In this document: positions 52,148 to 64,000 of the stretch, one piece after another
Numbering within the stretch: position 1 is the first letter of the stretch
Layout: the number at the start of each line of letters is the position of its first letter
Assembly: GCF_036321535.1 (NCBI RefSeq)
Contig: NC_087447.1
Coordinates: forward strand, 32,428,001 to 32,492,000
DNA: 64,000 bases
Reading direction: 5' to 3'
Source of the DNA: Camelus dromedarius
Taxonomy: Eukaryota
The notes under the pieces: model-generated
What the model saw: only the letters and a program-made list of their open reading frames with translations
What the model was told of the DNA's origin: nothing
Database searches by the model: none
Translations under genes and position numbers: made by a program

Positions 52148-52392
52148 AGGGTTGAGTCAAGTATGTCTCAACATTAGCATGATGTAAAAAGGGACACTGC
52201 AGCTGAATGACAAAGGAATCAAAATCCACTTTGTACATAAGTTACAGTCCTAACTGGATTTGTACTATCCCCCCATTTTGTTCTTGGAAGATTAAATGCT
52301 ACATGTGTAAGTCTGCCTACTGGTAGCTTAAACTTACGTCAGAATCTCTGCAGCAGTTTGTCAATAGAGCTTAGTCCTTTTTATAATTAAAA
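52148..52392 (+). pseudogene. Probable 5'-truncated processed retrocopy of an mRNA 3'UTR end (tentatively SRSF10)
   Basis: Non-transposon block interrupting the hAT fossil. It ends with a variant polyA signal AATAGA (52363-52368) ~20 bp before a short A-rich remnant. 'gttgagtcaagtatgtctcaac...gggacactgcagctgaatg...gattaaatgctacatgtgtaagtctgcct' resembles my recollection of the SRSF10 3'UTR (unverified). Confidence 0.55.
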
Positions 52393-52998
52393 CATTTTCG
52401 TTGTTTTGTTGGTTTATGATCCATTTATTAAATATTCTCACTAAAACTTTCAGAAACAGGTACCAATTTTATAGGTTTTTTTTAAACAAAATGTTAAATA
52501 ATACTAAATATCTTGTGTTTATTTAGAAAATATTTCTGAAAAGGTTCATACATTTCTAATATCCAATTGATGAAAGACAGTATAGAGAGCAAGCAAAATC
52601 TGCCATCCTGAAACATCGTTTTGTGTATTTAATATCAAATTTTCTTAAAAATGTAGTTTAACCACTGTGTGTATATGTTACTGTTTCTATGTATGTGTGA
52701 ATGAATATGAATTTGAAAATACGAATTTGTAAATCTTGACAGTTGAAACTTTTATTTGAATCAGTAGAATAACACTGTTTCATACAAATGAGACATATTT
52801 TTAGTGTAACTAATTCCAGGTAGATTTCTGTTCCATAGATCTCTAAGAGCATTGTTTTCAATCATCAAATTGTGATCCACCAACGTATCTATTCATGTTA
52901 TCACAATAACAGATATTTTTCTTAAATTAGTTTAACTTCTAACGTGAATTTATGATAGCATTGAAAGTTATGTCAGATGTTTCGTCTTTGATAGACGA

Positions 52999-53066
52999 GC
53001 TCCAAACAGTTTTAGCATAATTCTATGAATTGGCTCCAAACAGTTTCACTATAATTCTATGAATTG
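52999..53066. repeat. 34-bp tandem duplication inside the hAT fossil
   Basis: gctccaaacagttttagcataattctatgaattg / gctccaaacagtttcactataattctatgaattg (3 mismatches). Confidence 0.93.
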
Positions 53067-54584
53067 GTGGAAATGATTAAAATGTTATTTGACTTAAGTG
53101 ATTTTCTCTTTGAAGTACCTGATGACATGGATATAAAACTGCCATCATTTAAAATTCTTTGCAAAATTCTTCTGCTAATGGAATCAATACCTTAGCTATC
53201 CTTTATTTTTTTGTATATACCCAAGAAAACTCAGAATTGAAAATGGGCAAATTTAATATTGAAGAATAGCCATCTGATCTAATCAAACAGTCCACTTCAC
53301 AGGACGATATGTAAACATGTGTTGTTAATGTTAAGTTGTCGTTTTCAGGTACGTTCTTTTTAAAGTCTAACTTCTGATATTTAGACACTGATGCTTCTTC
53401 CACAGATTTATGTCTTCATGTGGCCACTGATGTCACTCTGGCCTCCATGTTAGATTGTAAATATTGACAAATATTGTGTGCAAGTAACATAAGCATGATG
53501 AATTTTTTGTGAGGAAGAGAATTTCAGTACTTAAAACTTTTATAAACACCTTTTTATTTTTAACTCATCGCTGCCAGAGAGTTTATTGTAAAATGAATAC
53601 AAATATTACTTAAAAATAACACAAATAGTTTTAGATTTGCACTATACTAAACATTTTAGATTGTAGCAATAGCATTCTGAATATTCTCTATCTGGTCTAT
53701 GGCAGGATTGCTCAGACTTAATATCCCACACAATTTGCATGTACAGGTCAACTATAATATTTCTTGATTCCCAATAACCCCACCATCTGATTTAAACACT
53801 TAGCATGCCATGGCACAGTGAAATAGGCTAATGTGTCCAGCAGCTAGCAGGTATCACAGAATCAAATAATTGCCTACTCCTACCTCAGACCAGAAGAATT
53901 AGCTGTCCCTGACTGCGTGGGTCTGAGATCAGTTTGTTTTATGAACAACTATCCTATATGCTGTTCTTGAAATGGGGCTCTTGAAAATGATCATGAAGCC
54001 AGAGAGGGATTATCATTGGTCATACTCCAGATTTATCTTCCTATTATAGTGAGTGTTGTTAATTGTCCATGTGACTTATGCAGTACTAGGAGAAACCACA
54101 GCAGAATCTGAGAGCACGAAGTAGAGGGCGGCCTGCCAAGTTCACTCCAGTGTACTTTCGTATAATTATTAATCATGAAACCTCATCAAAGTTGAAAAAT
54201 ATGGAGCAAATGCTTCAGAAGTCAGACCCATCAGTGGGGACTGTTTCAGATGAACTGGGGTGTATGATTACTTCTGTCGGGGGGCCTAGGTGAAGCTGGA
54301 AAGGTTATCACCTTGAAAGCTGCCTGGGAATATAGTGAGCCAGGGAGGACAGACTAAAGCACAGTGAAGGGGAGGGGTGAGATGACTATCTAGGCGGGGA
54401 CTGGAACTTGCATCAGGCTGTAGGAAGGCTGATAAAGTACAGGAATAGGCTTTGTGATCAGTGTCTAATTTGGGGACAGACTGTGAGGACATGTCATGAG
54501 GAGTACGTGGCAAGGCATACAGGATTGAAAGCTAAGTGTATGAACCCTAATAAGCATGAGGTCGGATGTAGTAAGTTTTAACAA

Positions 54585-54800
54585 TAACAATAACAAGATA
54601 ACGTATTTACTGAGATCCTACATGGGCCAGGTGCTCTGCTAGGTGTCTTAACTGACACCACTACTCGGTGAGATTTGCATTAATTTTTCCACGACACAGA
54701 GGAGAAACAAGGAATTAAGGAGGAGGAAACAATTAGAGGAAAAAGTGTGAGTTGAAACCCAGATCTGTTTTTCTCCAAGACACACATGATTTCTACTCTG
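54585..54800 (-). mobile_element. MIR SINE
   Basis: 'aacgtatttactgagatcctacatgggccaggtgctctgctagg', 'acagaggagaaacaagg', 'ttgaaacccagatctgt'. Confidence 0.65.
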
Positions 54801-56239
54801 CCTCTCTCACCCACCCTGTTCCTTTGATGTGAAACTAGAGTGCCTGAGCTTTGTGGTTTGAAAGCAACCCTGAGCTTCCATCCCAGTGTTTTCACCCTCC
54901 CTCTCAAATATGGTCTTCATACTGACCCAGGCTTGGATTCAGGGCAGTTGGGTCACTTGAATATACAGGAGTCAGGATTCTTCAGCCCGTTAGCATCTGT
55001 GTCTGCTTCACACTAACTCCATCCTGAGGTCACTGGACCTGGTCACTGGACTCCTTCCTGGTAGAGTCTGGGAGGTACTGTCAGGCCCTCGTACCACTAC
55101 TGAGCTCCCTTCTCTTGGATTCCGCACCAAAGAAATCCAAGGTTCCTTCTTAAACGCCAGCATTTAAAATTTTTGTTAAAAACTAAAATTGAATCCTGGT
55201 TGTTGAGCTCTCTACAGCCTCTTTAAGAAAATCCCTTTTCCCCCGATGACACAGAATTAGGACCACAAAAAGACAACGGAAGACTTCTTAACCTCTCCAT
55301 GGTTTTTGACCTGAGCTTAACTTCGTCCTACTCTTGAAATGTCTGCTATTTCCCCTTATTGCTACATCTCCTATTTCTTGCTTTACTTTTGTCGGGACTG
55401 GCTTTTGTTTTGTTTTGTTTTGTTTTCCTGATATCACTGAGGCTTCCCCTTGATGATACTAGTTTATTTTCTTTTTGAAGTCTCTGTTAATTGGTACCTC
55501 CCTATGGGTAGCGTATTCACACAATTTGCTCCAGCCTCACAGACCTGACATCCCCTGGCTAAATGCAACATGATTCAGAATTGATAGTTCGAATTGAGAG
55601 ATGATCTGGAATACTTTGAATTTAACACCAAGAAAATTAAAATTCAAGTTCTACCCTCACCCAAGGTAGCTTCACCTCGGTTATATCTGCCTGTGTCTAA
55701 TGGCCTGAGGAAAATGTGCTTATAAAGAACAAGTGTTGGGGGGGCGAGGCTTGGGCCTTGTCTCTATCCATATAAAGAAAATTAATGAAACTATTATCTT
55801 TTAGGGCCAATGACCTGGCTGGCAGACGGCAGATAGAATTCATTCTCCTCAAAGACTGAGTGATGATATTATTAAACAACATCTGGCAAAGACTTTAAAC
55901 ATCTACACCCGTTTTTTAGGCCCTCATTAACTATGGAGGAAAGGCAATCTTCCCATTCATAAATTCAAGCAGCAACAACCACCTTCATGGACTTCAGGGG
56001 GCCTCTGTGGTGGGCTGGCTGACAGACGGGCAGCAGGGAAAACCAGCATCTGCCCAGCTGGGGGACTGCATGGGCCCTTGCCCAAAGAAGAGATGCACAT
56101 GGTCCATGTGAGCAATCTGGGGCCTCACCTTGGCCACTTCTCTGTTTCTAGGGTGAACACAACTACGCTTTTATATAATCACTTGTCATTTTCTCTTCTC
56201 ACCATATGCTATCACTTGTTGCTTACGCTCTTTGTCACA

Positions 56240-56487
56240 GAATAGTTGTTCAACCTTGGGGAAAAGCTGCCGTTTCTTTGAGCTTATATTTAAATGTAAG
56301 CTTATGCTTAATCAGGGATGATTGTTGTGTGGGTCAGTCCTGTGTATTGGACAGTGTTGAGCAGCATCTCTGGCCTCTCCCACGAAATGCCCATAGATCA
56401 CTCACCCCAGTTGCAACAACCAGAAATGTCTGCAGACATTGCCGTATGTTCTTGAGGGCAAAATCACTCCTGGTTTTGAAACACTGT
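56240..56487 (-). mobile_element. MER20 (hAT-Charlie MITE)
   Basis: 'gtcctgtgtattggacagtgttgagcagcatctctggcctctcccac', 'acaaccagaaatgtctgcagacattgcc', 'gggcaaaatcactcctggttttgaaacactg'. Confidence 0.8.
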
Positions 56488-56689
56488 ACTAAAACATATC
56501 TAAGTCCCTTCTACTTTGTACATTCCCTCATCTTCTGTTGCCTGGAGAGATATTCTTGCTTCCTCAATAGATACAAACAATTCCTAGAAATACAATGCAG
56601 GAAAGTAAGATGAAGATGAGGGGATGGTTGACCTGAGCTTATAATTAATAATTTATGTTTCTCTGGGAAATCTAGATTGGAGCATTCGG

Positions 56690-57720
56690 TTCTTTTTCAT
56701 ATAAAGTTTATTTTCTTATTTAGAAAGTAATATTATTTATTGCTATATTAAACTACAGAAAAGTATCGTGAAGAAAGAAGTCAGTCTTACCCAAATAACC
56801 AAGGAAAGTCACATCAACATTCTGGCATATTTCTTTGTAAGAATTTTTTCAAGGAAGATCTAAGTTCTTCAGTAAAAAAGCTGCAATCATATTTATTAGA
56901 CTTTTTAATATTTTGATAAATTTGCCCCTGAAAAATTATTTTTTGGTGGGGGAATTATTTGTATGATATTACAGTAGCATTCCTACTGACACGATAATAA
57001 TTTAAAATGAGATTTGTTTTACTTTGAAGCTTCATTTTGATGTCACTGTGAAAGGAATTCTAAATACTTCTGCTTTTTTGCAGTTCAATGCTGTGCTGGG
57101 CTTAATCTATATATTACTCACTGGTGTCAGCACTAATCTGATGATTTGGATGTTACATTTCTTTAGGTTCCTACAGGAACATTTTCCAGATTTTTTTTTT
57201 ACTCTGAGTTTTTCACTTGTGTTTTCCTGATTTGGCTTCCTGTTGCCCAAGTTAAATGAGTGTCGTTTTCTTACCTCTTGTATATTTGACGATGTCTTTT
57301 TTCTGTTATCAATGTGTAACAAATAAGTTGGCTGAACTATAGTCTCCATAGATTACGATTACATCATTTCCCTTCTCAAATTCTCTATAAATTACTTCAT
57401 TGTTTTCTGACATTACGGATCTTAAGTTGGGATCTGAGGCAAGCGTGGTTCTGGTTTATTTGTAGATTAACTGTTTTTTCTACATAGATCTTGGAGGATC
57501 TTTTCTTTGTACATCTGATTCAGAGAGTTTTTAAAGGATGTGTCTAGATATACATTCTTCTTTATTAGTTTTTCCTGCAGTATATTAGGTTCTGTATATA
57601 TAGGTTTTGTTTTGTTTTTTAAGCTGAAGAAAATTCTCTTCAGTTGTGAGCAGAATTTTAGACTTTTTCTTTTCTTCCATCTCTTTGGTTTTCTCCCTCA
57701 AAAACACTGTTTTGATTACC
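56690..57720 (-). mobile_element. Very old L1/HAL1 fragments, antisense
   Basis: T-rich antisense L1-like segments such as 'tcaacattctggcatatttct' and 'ggatcttttctttgtacatctgattcagagagtttttaaaggatgtgtctaga'. Confidence 0.5.
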
Positions 57721-58269
57721 TAGCCTACAGGATGCAGGTGGGAGGTGAGGGGAGAATTAGGGTGACTATATGTGCCAATTTTCTCCAGGTCAGTCTTGGT
57801 TTATGTCAGTTGTCCTGGTGCAAATATCAACTAAAATATTACTGATCTCTCTCAAAGCTATCCAGTTTGGACTGTGTTCATTGCTCTTGGCTGCTCACTG
57901 TAGGCTGGATATTACTCTACAATTCATGGGTGGTGCAACTTTGTCCTTCCTGCCTCACTGCAGCCACAGGGTAGGAAAATTGTCCACCTAGGGAAAAATG
58001 AGGGCATGTTGACACACCTGGAGGAGGGAACATAGATGGCAATCTCTGGTTCTCTTCTACTCGGAGCCATTCTTTTCCCTTATTCTAGAACAAACCTCTA
58101 ACTGTTGAGCATGTCTTTACAATTCACTCATCCTCTCACATATTTAGAGCTACAATACACAGAATGATGGAAAAATTTTTAAAAAATAGAAAAAAAAAAG
58201 GAGCAGGAAAAACGCAGCTAAAGAAGTTCGGCACAAGTGTAATATCAGATCAAAAAAAAAAAAAAAAAG

Positions 58270-60540
58270 GAAGAAGAACCTAAGGAAAAAATGCCAAGCT
58301 ATATACTGACACCAGTCAAGAATATCTAAAGTTCTTGAATACATATGCAGTTAGCAATATAGTCTCAAAATATATAAAATTACAATTTAGATAATAATGG
58401 GGAAATAGAGATAAAATGCCAAGAGTAATTGAAAGAGTTTAACAACTCCTTTCAAAAAAAAAATTGGATCAAGATGACAAAAAAATAATGAGCATTAATC
58501 AGCTCCATATAAAATGTGCCTATAGAATTTTACACCACTGAACACAGAATACCTATTCTCCTTGACACACATGCCATAGTCACAACATTAAATTTGTACT
58601 AATATCTTACATTGGGCTCCCCAGAAACAGAATCTGAGGTGGAATTTTATGCAGAATATTTACAGGGATGTGCTCTTAAGAGATATGCCTGAAAATAAAT
58701 GAGAATGGCAAGATCAGGCACACAGGGGAGCTGGCCCACAGTGAGGTTTCAAATGTAGCTCAGCCAACCCTAATGAGACCCCTGGGATTGGGGAGGACTG
58801 TCAGAGATTTTCCAAGCTGAGATAAGGGGACTTCTTCACTAGCTGCAGACTGCACCAGAGAAGGGACATAACCTTGCCAGGGGCATTTCCCTGCGTCTGA
58901 GAGTGATTTCCATTGAGGGATAGGCCATGCCCAGTTGATATTCCCAGAAACTATCTGGACAGAGCAGCATAGTATCCATCACGACTAGATCACACAGGAA
59001 GACTCATACATTCAAAAGGATTGGCATTGCACAGCCCATATTCTCTGTTAACAAGACAGCAATACATTAAAGTTAGAATCAGTCACCAAAGAATAGCTTA
59101 AAATCCCATATTCTTTGAAACTTAAAGGATAAAATTATCACCTGGTTAAAGAGGAAATTATGAAGATAAGATGGTAAAATACTTAGAATTAAATGACCAT
59201 AAAGCACCACATATGGAAAATTTGTGAGATGAATGTCAAGCATTATTTGATTAAAAAAAGTTAAAGCTGTGACCATGTTTATGAGGAAATAACAGTGACT
59301 TCAATGAAAGAATCTAGAAAATTGGATTAGAATATACCTAGAGAGTCAGGAAAGAAATAAATAGTAAAGTTAAGGGGAAACGTCAAGGAAATAGGGAATA
59401 CAAAGAGGTAAAATTAATTAAAAAAACAAGGCACAGATTTTTGAGAAGTCTAGCAAAATTGACAAATCTCAAGTAAGACTGAGAAGAAAAAGGAAGGGGG
59501 CAAAAATTGCTTAAAAATTACACAATGACAAAGGAGGAAATATGTCTATTTTAAGAGATTGATCACTACAAAAATATTACAAAATATTAGTCAATACATT
59601 TGAGAGACAAAATAGACCAAAAAATGGGTTAATTGACACAAGAAGAAATAGGAAAGAAAGAATATCAGTGGAAATGAAATTATAACACGTTCCCCACAAA
59701 AATCTTCACACACAGAAGTTATTAGGTAGTTAATACTTATCTAAGTTCTAGAAAATAAACAATGGGAATTTACCTAACACATTTTACAGGGCTGACAGCC
59801 TTGATTCTAAAACTGAGTAAGGACAATATAAAAAAGTAAATAAATAAAAGGGTAAATTCACTCTTTAAACAGATCTGCAAATACCCTGAGCAAAATATTA
59901 CAAGACCAAACCAACTAGTAAATAAATACGCTTTCCAAGTAAGTGTATAAAGATGGCTCAGCTTTAGAAAAATCTATCAAGCCCCAAACAAACCAAAGTA
60001 CAACAGAAGGAGTTCCCTGTTTGTCGCTTGAAAGTAAACAATATGTAAGTAGGATGAAGAGACATGAAGGATAGACTAAAAAAAGGCCAACATATGCCTA
60101 GCAAATTCCAGAAGGAGAGAATACGGAAGAGGCAACACTTGAGGAGATATTAGTTGAAAAATTAAAAAAAAAAAAAATATATATATATATATTTATCTCC
60201 TTAATTTGAAAATCATACTAAATTTTTAGGAGGATGAAAAAAATGCAATTTAGGCACTTCATAGTGAAACTTCAGAAACCAAAGGCAAGAAGAAAATAAT
60301 AACTGAAAAAGACAGGAAAGTAAAGGCCAATTTCCTACTAAGGAATACAGCTTTATTTTCTTCAGTAAAAATTGATGCCAGAAGATAGGGAAACAATATC
60401 TTTATATATCAATGGGAAATTACCAACTGGAATATAATGCTCAGCTAAACTTCCTGTTTAAGAGTAATGATGATAAAGACATATTTGGATGAAGACAATA
60501 TTTTTCTCATTCTCAGACCACAGCTGACAAATTCTAAGCA
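58270..60540 (+). mobile_element. Old L1M fragments: ORF2 EN-to-RT region, then ORF1/HAL1-like piece
   Basis: 'cagaatacctattctcc...cacatg' (EYxF of the EN domain), 'ttaaagttagaatca', 'aaaattgacaaatctcaagtaagactga', 'ccttgattctaaaactgag'; ORF1-like 'aggcacttcatagtgaaacttcagaa' near 60250. Confidence 0.75.
58603..58983 (-). mobile_element. LTR16-like ERVL solo LTR inserted in the L1 EN region
   Basis: 'gggctccccagaaacagaatctgag...ttttatgcagaatatttacagggatgtgctct' resembles antisense LTR16. Flanks are ACTAA/ACTAG (5-bp TSD, 1 mismatch), and L1 resumes on the far side. Confidence 0.7.
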
Positions 60541-61451
60541 TTTCCTCCCAGGCCTCTCTTATTAGTTGCCACGTTGATAGTACTGGAGTATTGGTTTTAA
60601 TGTTTGCTTTATTTTCTCCAAATTTCCTACAGAATCATTTAATACTATATTACTTTATTATTCAGATTCATTAAAAAAAACTATATTGGCTTTAATAAAT
60701 TCCTCTCTAAGCAAGTAATTTTAGCAGCTATCTTTTCAGACCAATAAAATAGAAAAAGGGAAACTTAAATGATCTTCATCATGCACATATATTCCAATCC
60801 TCACCTTTTCTCACTGCTTAATACTAACTCTGTCAATTACTTGCCTACTCTGCCAATCTAACTCCTTTCCCTTTTGCTTATTATGGTCAGTAACACGGCC
60901 TTCCAGCTATTTCTGGATCATTCCAAACTCAAAATCATCTCACATCTTCCTGTCTTGCAAGGCCAACCTGAATTTATTTCTGACCTTGTCATTGAGCTTT
61001 CAGCTTATCTCCTTAGAAATGCAGTCCTTGTTCACCCTAACTGGAGTCACCACCCAATATTCTTTCAATTACATGGTTTGTCTATCTTTTCATTGAAATT
61101 CCATGACAGTGGGCATCCTGTGTATTTCTTTTTTTAACCACTTTACCTGGTAAAATATAGAATAATGTTAGATACACAGTAGTCACTCCACAGTTATTTA
61201 CTGAATACATGAATTAATGAATAACTTAGCAAATTGCTATACAAATGCAGGACGAAGGATAACTTGATTTCTAACATGCAAAGAAGTTCACATTTCTTAT
61301 CATATTTAGTCTTTACGACAGTTCTTAGGAAAAGGGGCAAAGAATAAAATGAATAAAGCCCATCCTGGTCAGCAGAGTAATTAATTATCCTCATTTTGCT
61401 GAAGAGGAAATTAAGAGTTAAAGTGGTTAATGATTTACTAATGAAAAGGCT

Positions 61452-61969
61452 TGTGGCAGATGAAATAATGCCCCTTCCCCGCCCCGGCAACCACTACCAA
61501 AAGATGTCCATGTCTAATTCCTGTGAATATGTTGCCTTACATGAAAAAAATGGGACTTTGCAAATATGATTAAAGTTAAAGACCTTTAAATGAAGTCCTT
61601 ATCCTGGGTGATCTATGTGAGCTCCACCTAATTTCATTAAGTTTTTTTTAAAACAAACAAACAAACAAACACTTTCCCAGCTGAGGTCAGGGTCAGAGGG
61701 AAAGTTACTGGGAAAAAATGGCTGAGGAGATACAAAATTGCTGGCTTTGAGGATGGAGGAAGGGGGTCGCAAGAGAGGGAAATGGGGGCAGACTCTAGAA
61801 GCTGGAAAAGTCAAGGAAAAGGAACACAGCTTTGCTGACATCTTGATTTTTGCCCAGTGATACCTGTATTAGGCTTGTAATCTACAGAACTGTAAAATAA
61901 TAAATTCATGTTGTCTTAAACCATTAAGTTTATGTTCATCTATTACAGCAACAATAGAAACCTGATAGA
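61452..61969 (+). mobile_element. MaLR solo LTR (MLT1D-like)
   Basis: 'tgtggcagatgaaataatgcccc', 'aaagatgtccatgtctaattcctgtgaatatgttgccttacatg', 'ctggctttgaggatggaggaaggggg', 'ctacagaactgtaaaataataaatt...tttatgttcatctattacagcaacaatagaaacctgata'. Confidence 0.88.
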
Positions 61970-64000
61970 GGGCTGCAACTAGAACTCAGATCAGCTGACT
62001 TCTAATTTGGAGTTCTTTCCCCTATGCTATACATCATCTTTAGTAATTCAAACTCCCCCTAAACTCAATGGCAAACAGATGAAGTACTGACTGAACCACA
62101 CCGTGACAGGGAAATGTCTCCTAAATTGGAGAGATTGTAGTATACATATATAAAGCATATGTGACAGATTCTTTAAACTGTTAGCTATTTTTTCCTAAAT
62201 TTCCCAAAAGATAATAGCAACATGAAACAAGGCTATACAGAGCATCAAGGGAGGAGATAGGAAGCTTAGCAGTGTGTTTTAAATAGATTCTATTTGAACC
62301 CATTTATCATTCTCGTTATATTCATCATAATGAGAAAAGAGCTTCATTCTTGTTATAATCTATGTCATTGTAATATAATACACAGCATTGTTCTGGAGAG
62401 CAATTCACTACAGCCATATATGACTTTTTTAAAAATTTGCAGGCGTTTTCTTGCATTTTCATGCAGCTCATAGAAGACCAGCTAAGCCAATAAGGAGAAG
62501 AAGAAAGAAAGAGAATAAAATGAATTTTAAAAAAGGTCAAAGGGATCAAAGAAATGTTGAACCAAAGTCATCTACTGCTATAGAATAATGCATAGGTGTT
62601 TTGGATGAGGTTGAGTTTGAAGAGGCTGGTTTGTTGCTTACTATATTTCTGAAACAAAGCAGTTAACAGGGTCTTCAGAGGATTTTATTTAAAAAAATAA
62701 ATGTTTCAACATTAAAATCCCTAAAGAAATGTGTAAATTAAATCACATTTAGCTGTATGAATTGTTTCATTGAAAAACATTTAGTAAATATGTAACTATT
62801 AGTCAATAAAAAACATGTTTAGATCCTTAAAATAAGATCCATTACAAAAAAATCCTGAAATGTAGTCACATTAAAATGATAGATGACTTTGGTGGAGTGA
62901 GATCAAGGAAATAAGCTTCTTTAGTAATATTTACTATTTGAATATTTACATTTGAATACATATGCATACCACAATCCCTGAACAGGAGATACGGTGGTGG
63001 TTTTTGTGTAAGAAATTATTTTTTAAATTATTATTCAAAAACACTCAGGACAAACAATTCGGGTTGTTTGTATACAAGGTAACTCAAATTTGTACCTTAG
63101 TAATTGTTAGTTAAGATGTGAAAAACTCCCTGGAGATGTGTTTAATTGGTGCCTATGTCACTTTAATCATAAGCATACACATTTAAGTATTTTTTTTTAA
63201 CTACATGGCAATAGCATTATCAAAGTCTATACAAGAAGGTTTATTAAGTAGCATAATAAGTGTTAAAATATTTTTTATTGGAGAAATAAATACTGTTGAA
63301 AATGAGTGATGAGCATGTTTGGACACGTTGGATGAATTTGTATATTCATACTAAAATCAGAGTAAATAGTTTCTATTTTTGATAAAGGAAGTGATATGCC
63401 ATGTTTCATTTAGTCACTGAAGAAATACTTGTATTCTTTTATGAATTATTTATTCTGAGTCTGGCACTATGTTGGGCTCTGAGATTACAAAGGTAAATAA
63501 ACCCTAGTCATTGCACTTATGGAAATCTTTGTCCAATAAAGCAAATATTTGGGGGAAATGTAACACAGAATACCCTGCCTTAACCTGATAAGTAGGTTTC
63601 CTCAAACATCAACTCTTACAGAAAAAATAAAGTAGCCTCATTGAAAGGCTATTGAATGAAGTCTGCAAAGAACTAGGCTTCCTCATATTCCAGGATTCAG
63701 CCTAAATTTTTCTGTAATAGTTGCTATTTGAAGTCAACTAGTGGTGCTTGTCTGCTCCAGCTGAAATAAGGATGGAGACAGTTATTGTGCTATGGCTTTC
63801 CTGGACGCTGTCAGTGATTCAGGGAGCTCCTCTTAGCTTGGGATACAAATCTGTGAGAGTTGTACCCAGGGAAAACTAGAGATTTAAGTATCCACTGTTA
63901 ACCCCCTGCAATGCTTCCCAAGATGGGATTGCCCATAGCATCTCTTCCTAATCTCCTGTCTCTTTCCCCGTGCCAAAGAGAAATGTTAGCTTGACTTCTG

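Larger units (their letters stand above)
51186..53754 (-). mobile_element. hAT DNA transposon fossil, BLACKJACK/MER81 family, near full length, transposase disrupted
   Basis: Minus-strand peptides: N-terminal zinc-finger-like VTCTQYLSIFTI*HGGQSDISGHMKT (~53410-53490); REELNK (~52120-52140); hAT dimerisation motif LVWSLPNTS/VERLFLLLKI*ST/KKSQLKMSTLSNLLT (~51630-51750). Sub-terminal 'atttattgtccaaagcaggacacttctgaga' resembles MER81. Imperfect TIR: AAGGTGACCTA vs rc TAGTTGACCTG (8/11). Confidence 0.85.

Noticed and set aside
53203..53403. 66-aa ORF as a domesticated transposase gene
   Set aside because: Short surviving frame within a hAT fossil full of stops and frameshifts.
56206..56613. 135-aa ATG-initiated ORF
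   Set aside because: Runs through a MER20 element; a chance open frame with no coding signature.
1..64000. Any prokaryote-style operon, defence system, tRNA, rRNA or CpG-island promoter
   Set aside because: Sequence is mammalian repeat-rich non-coding DNA with no ORF over ~150 codons, no CpG island and no recognisable structured RNA gene.

Overview
AT-rich, CpG-poor placental-mammal DNA, either intergenic or deep intronic. I cannot support any intact protein-coding gene, RNA gene, CRISPR array or prokaryote-type system. The protein-like ORFs I could identify are decayed LINE-1, ERVL or hAT transposase sequence. Much of the window is fossil repeats: MIR, L2, old L1M, MLT1/MLT2/LTR16/MER-type LTRs, and MER20/MER102/MER47 DNA elements. 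A MER41-like ERV1 solo LTR and a younger L1 point to Cetartiodactyla, possibly a camelid (inference). The main structures are: (1) a near-complete BLACKJACK-type hAT transposase fossil (~51.2-53.75 kb) interrupted by a ~240-bp opposite-strand piece resembling a retrocopied mRNA 3' end (tentatively SRSF10); (2) an L1 whose 5'UTR is joined directly to the ORF2 RT region; (3) an ERVL remnant with a nested MLT2 LTR and a 73-bp duplication of its LTR/PBS junction; (4) an unexplained unique GC-richer block at 38.6-39.5 kb between two oppositely oriented related LTRs; (5) several repeat-free, motif-rich blocks that may be conserved enhancers. Family names come from recalled consensus sequences, not a database search, and boundaries are approximate. 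I found no convincing novel biological system.
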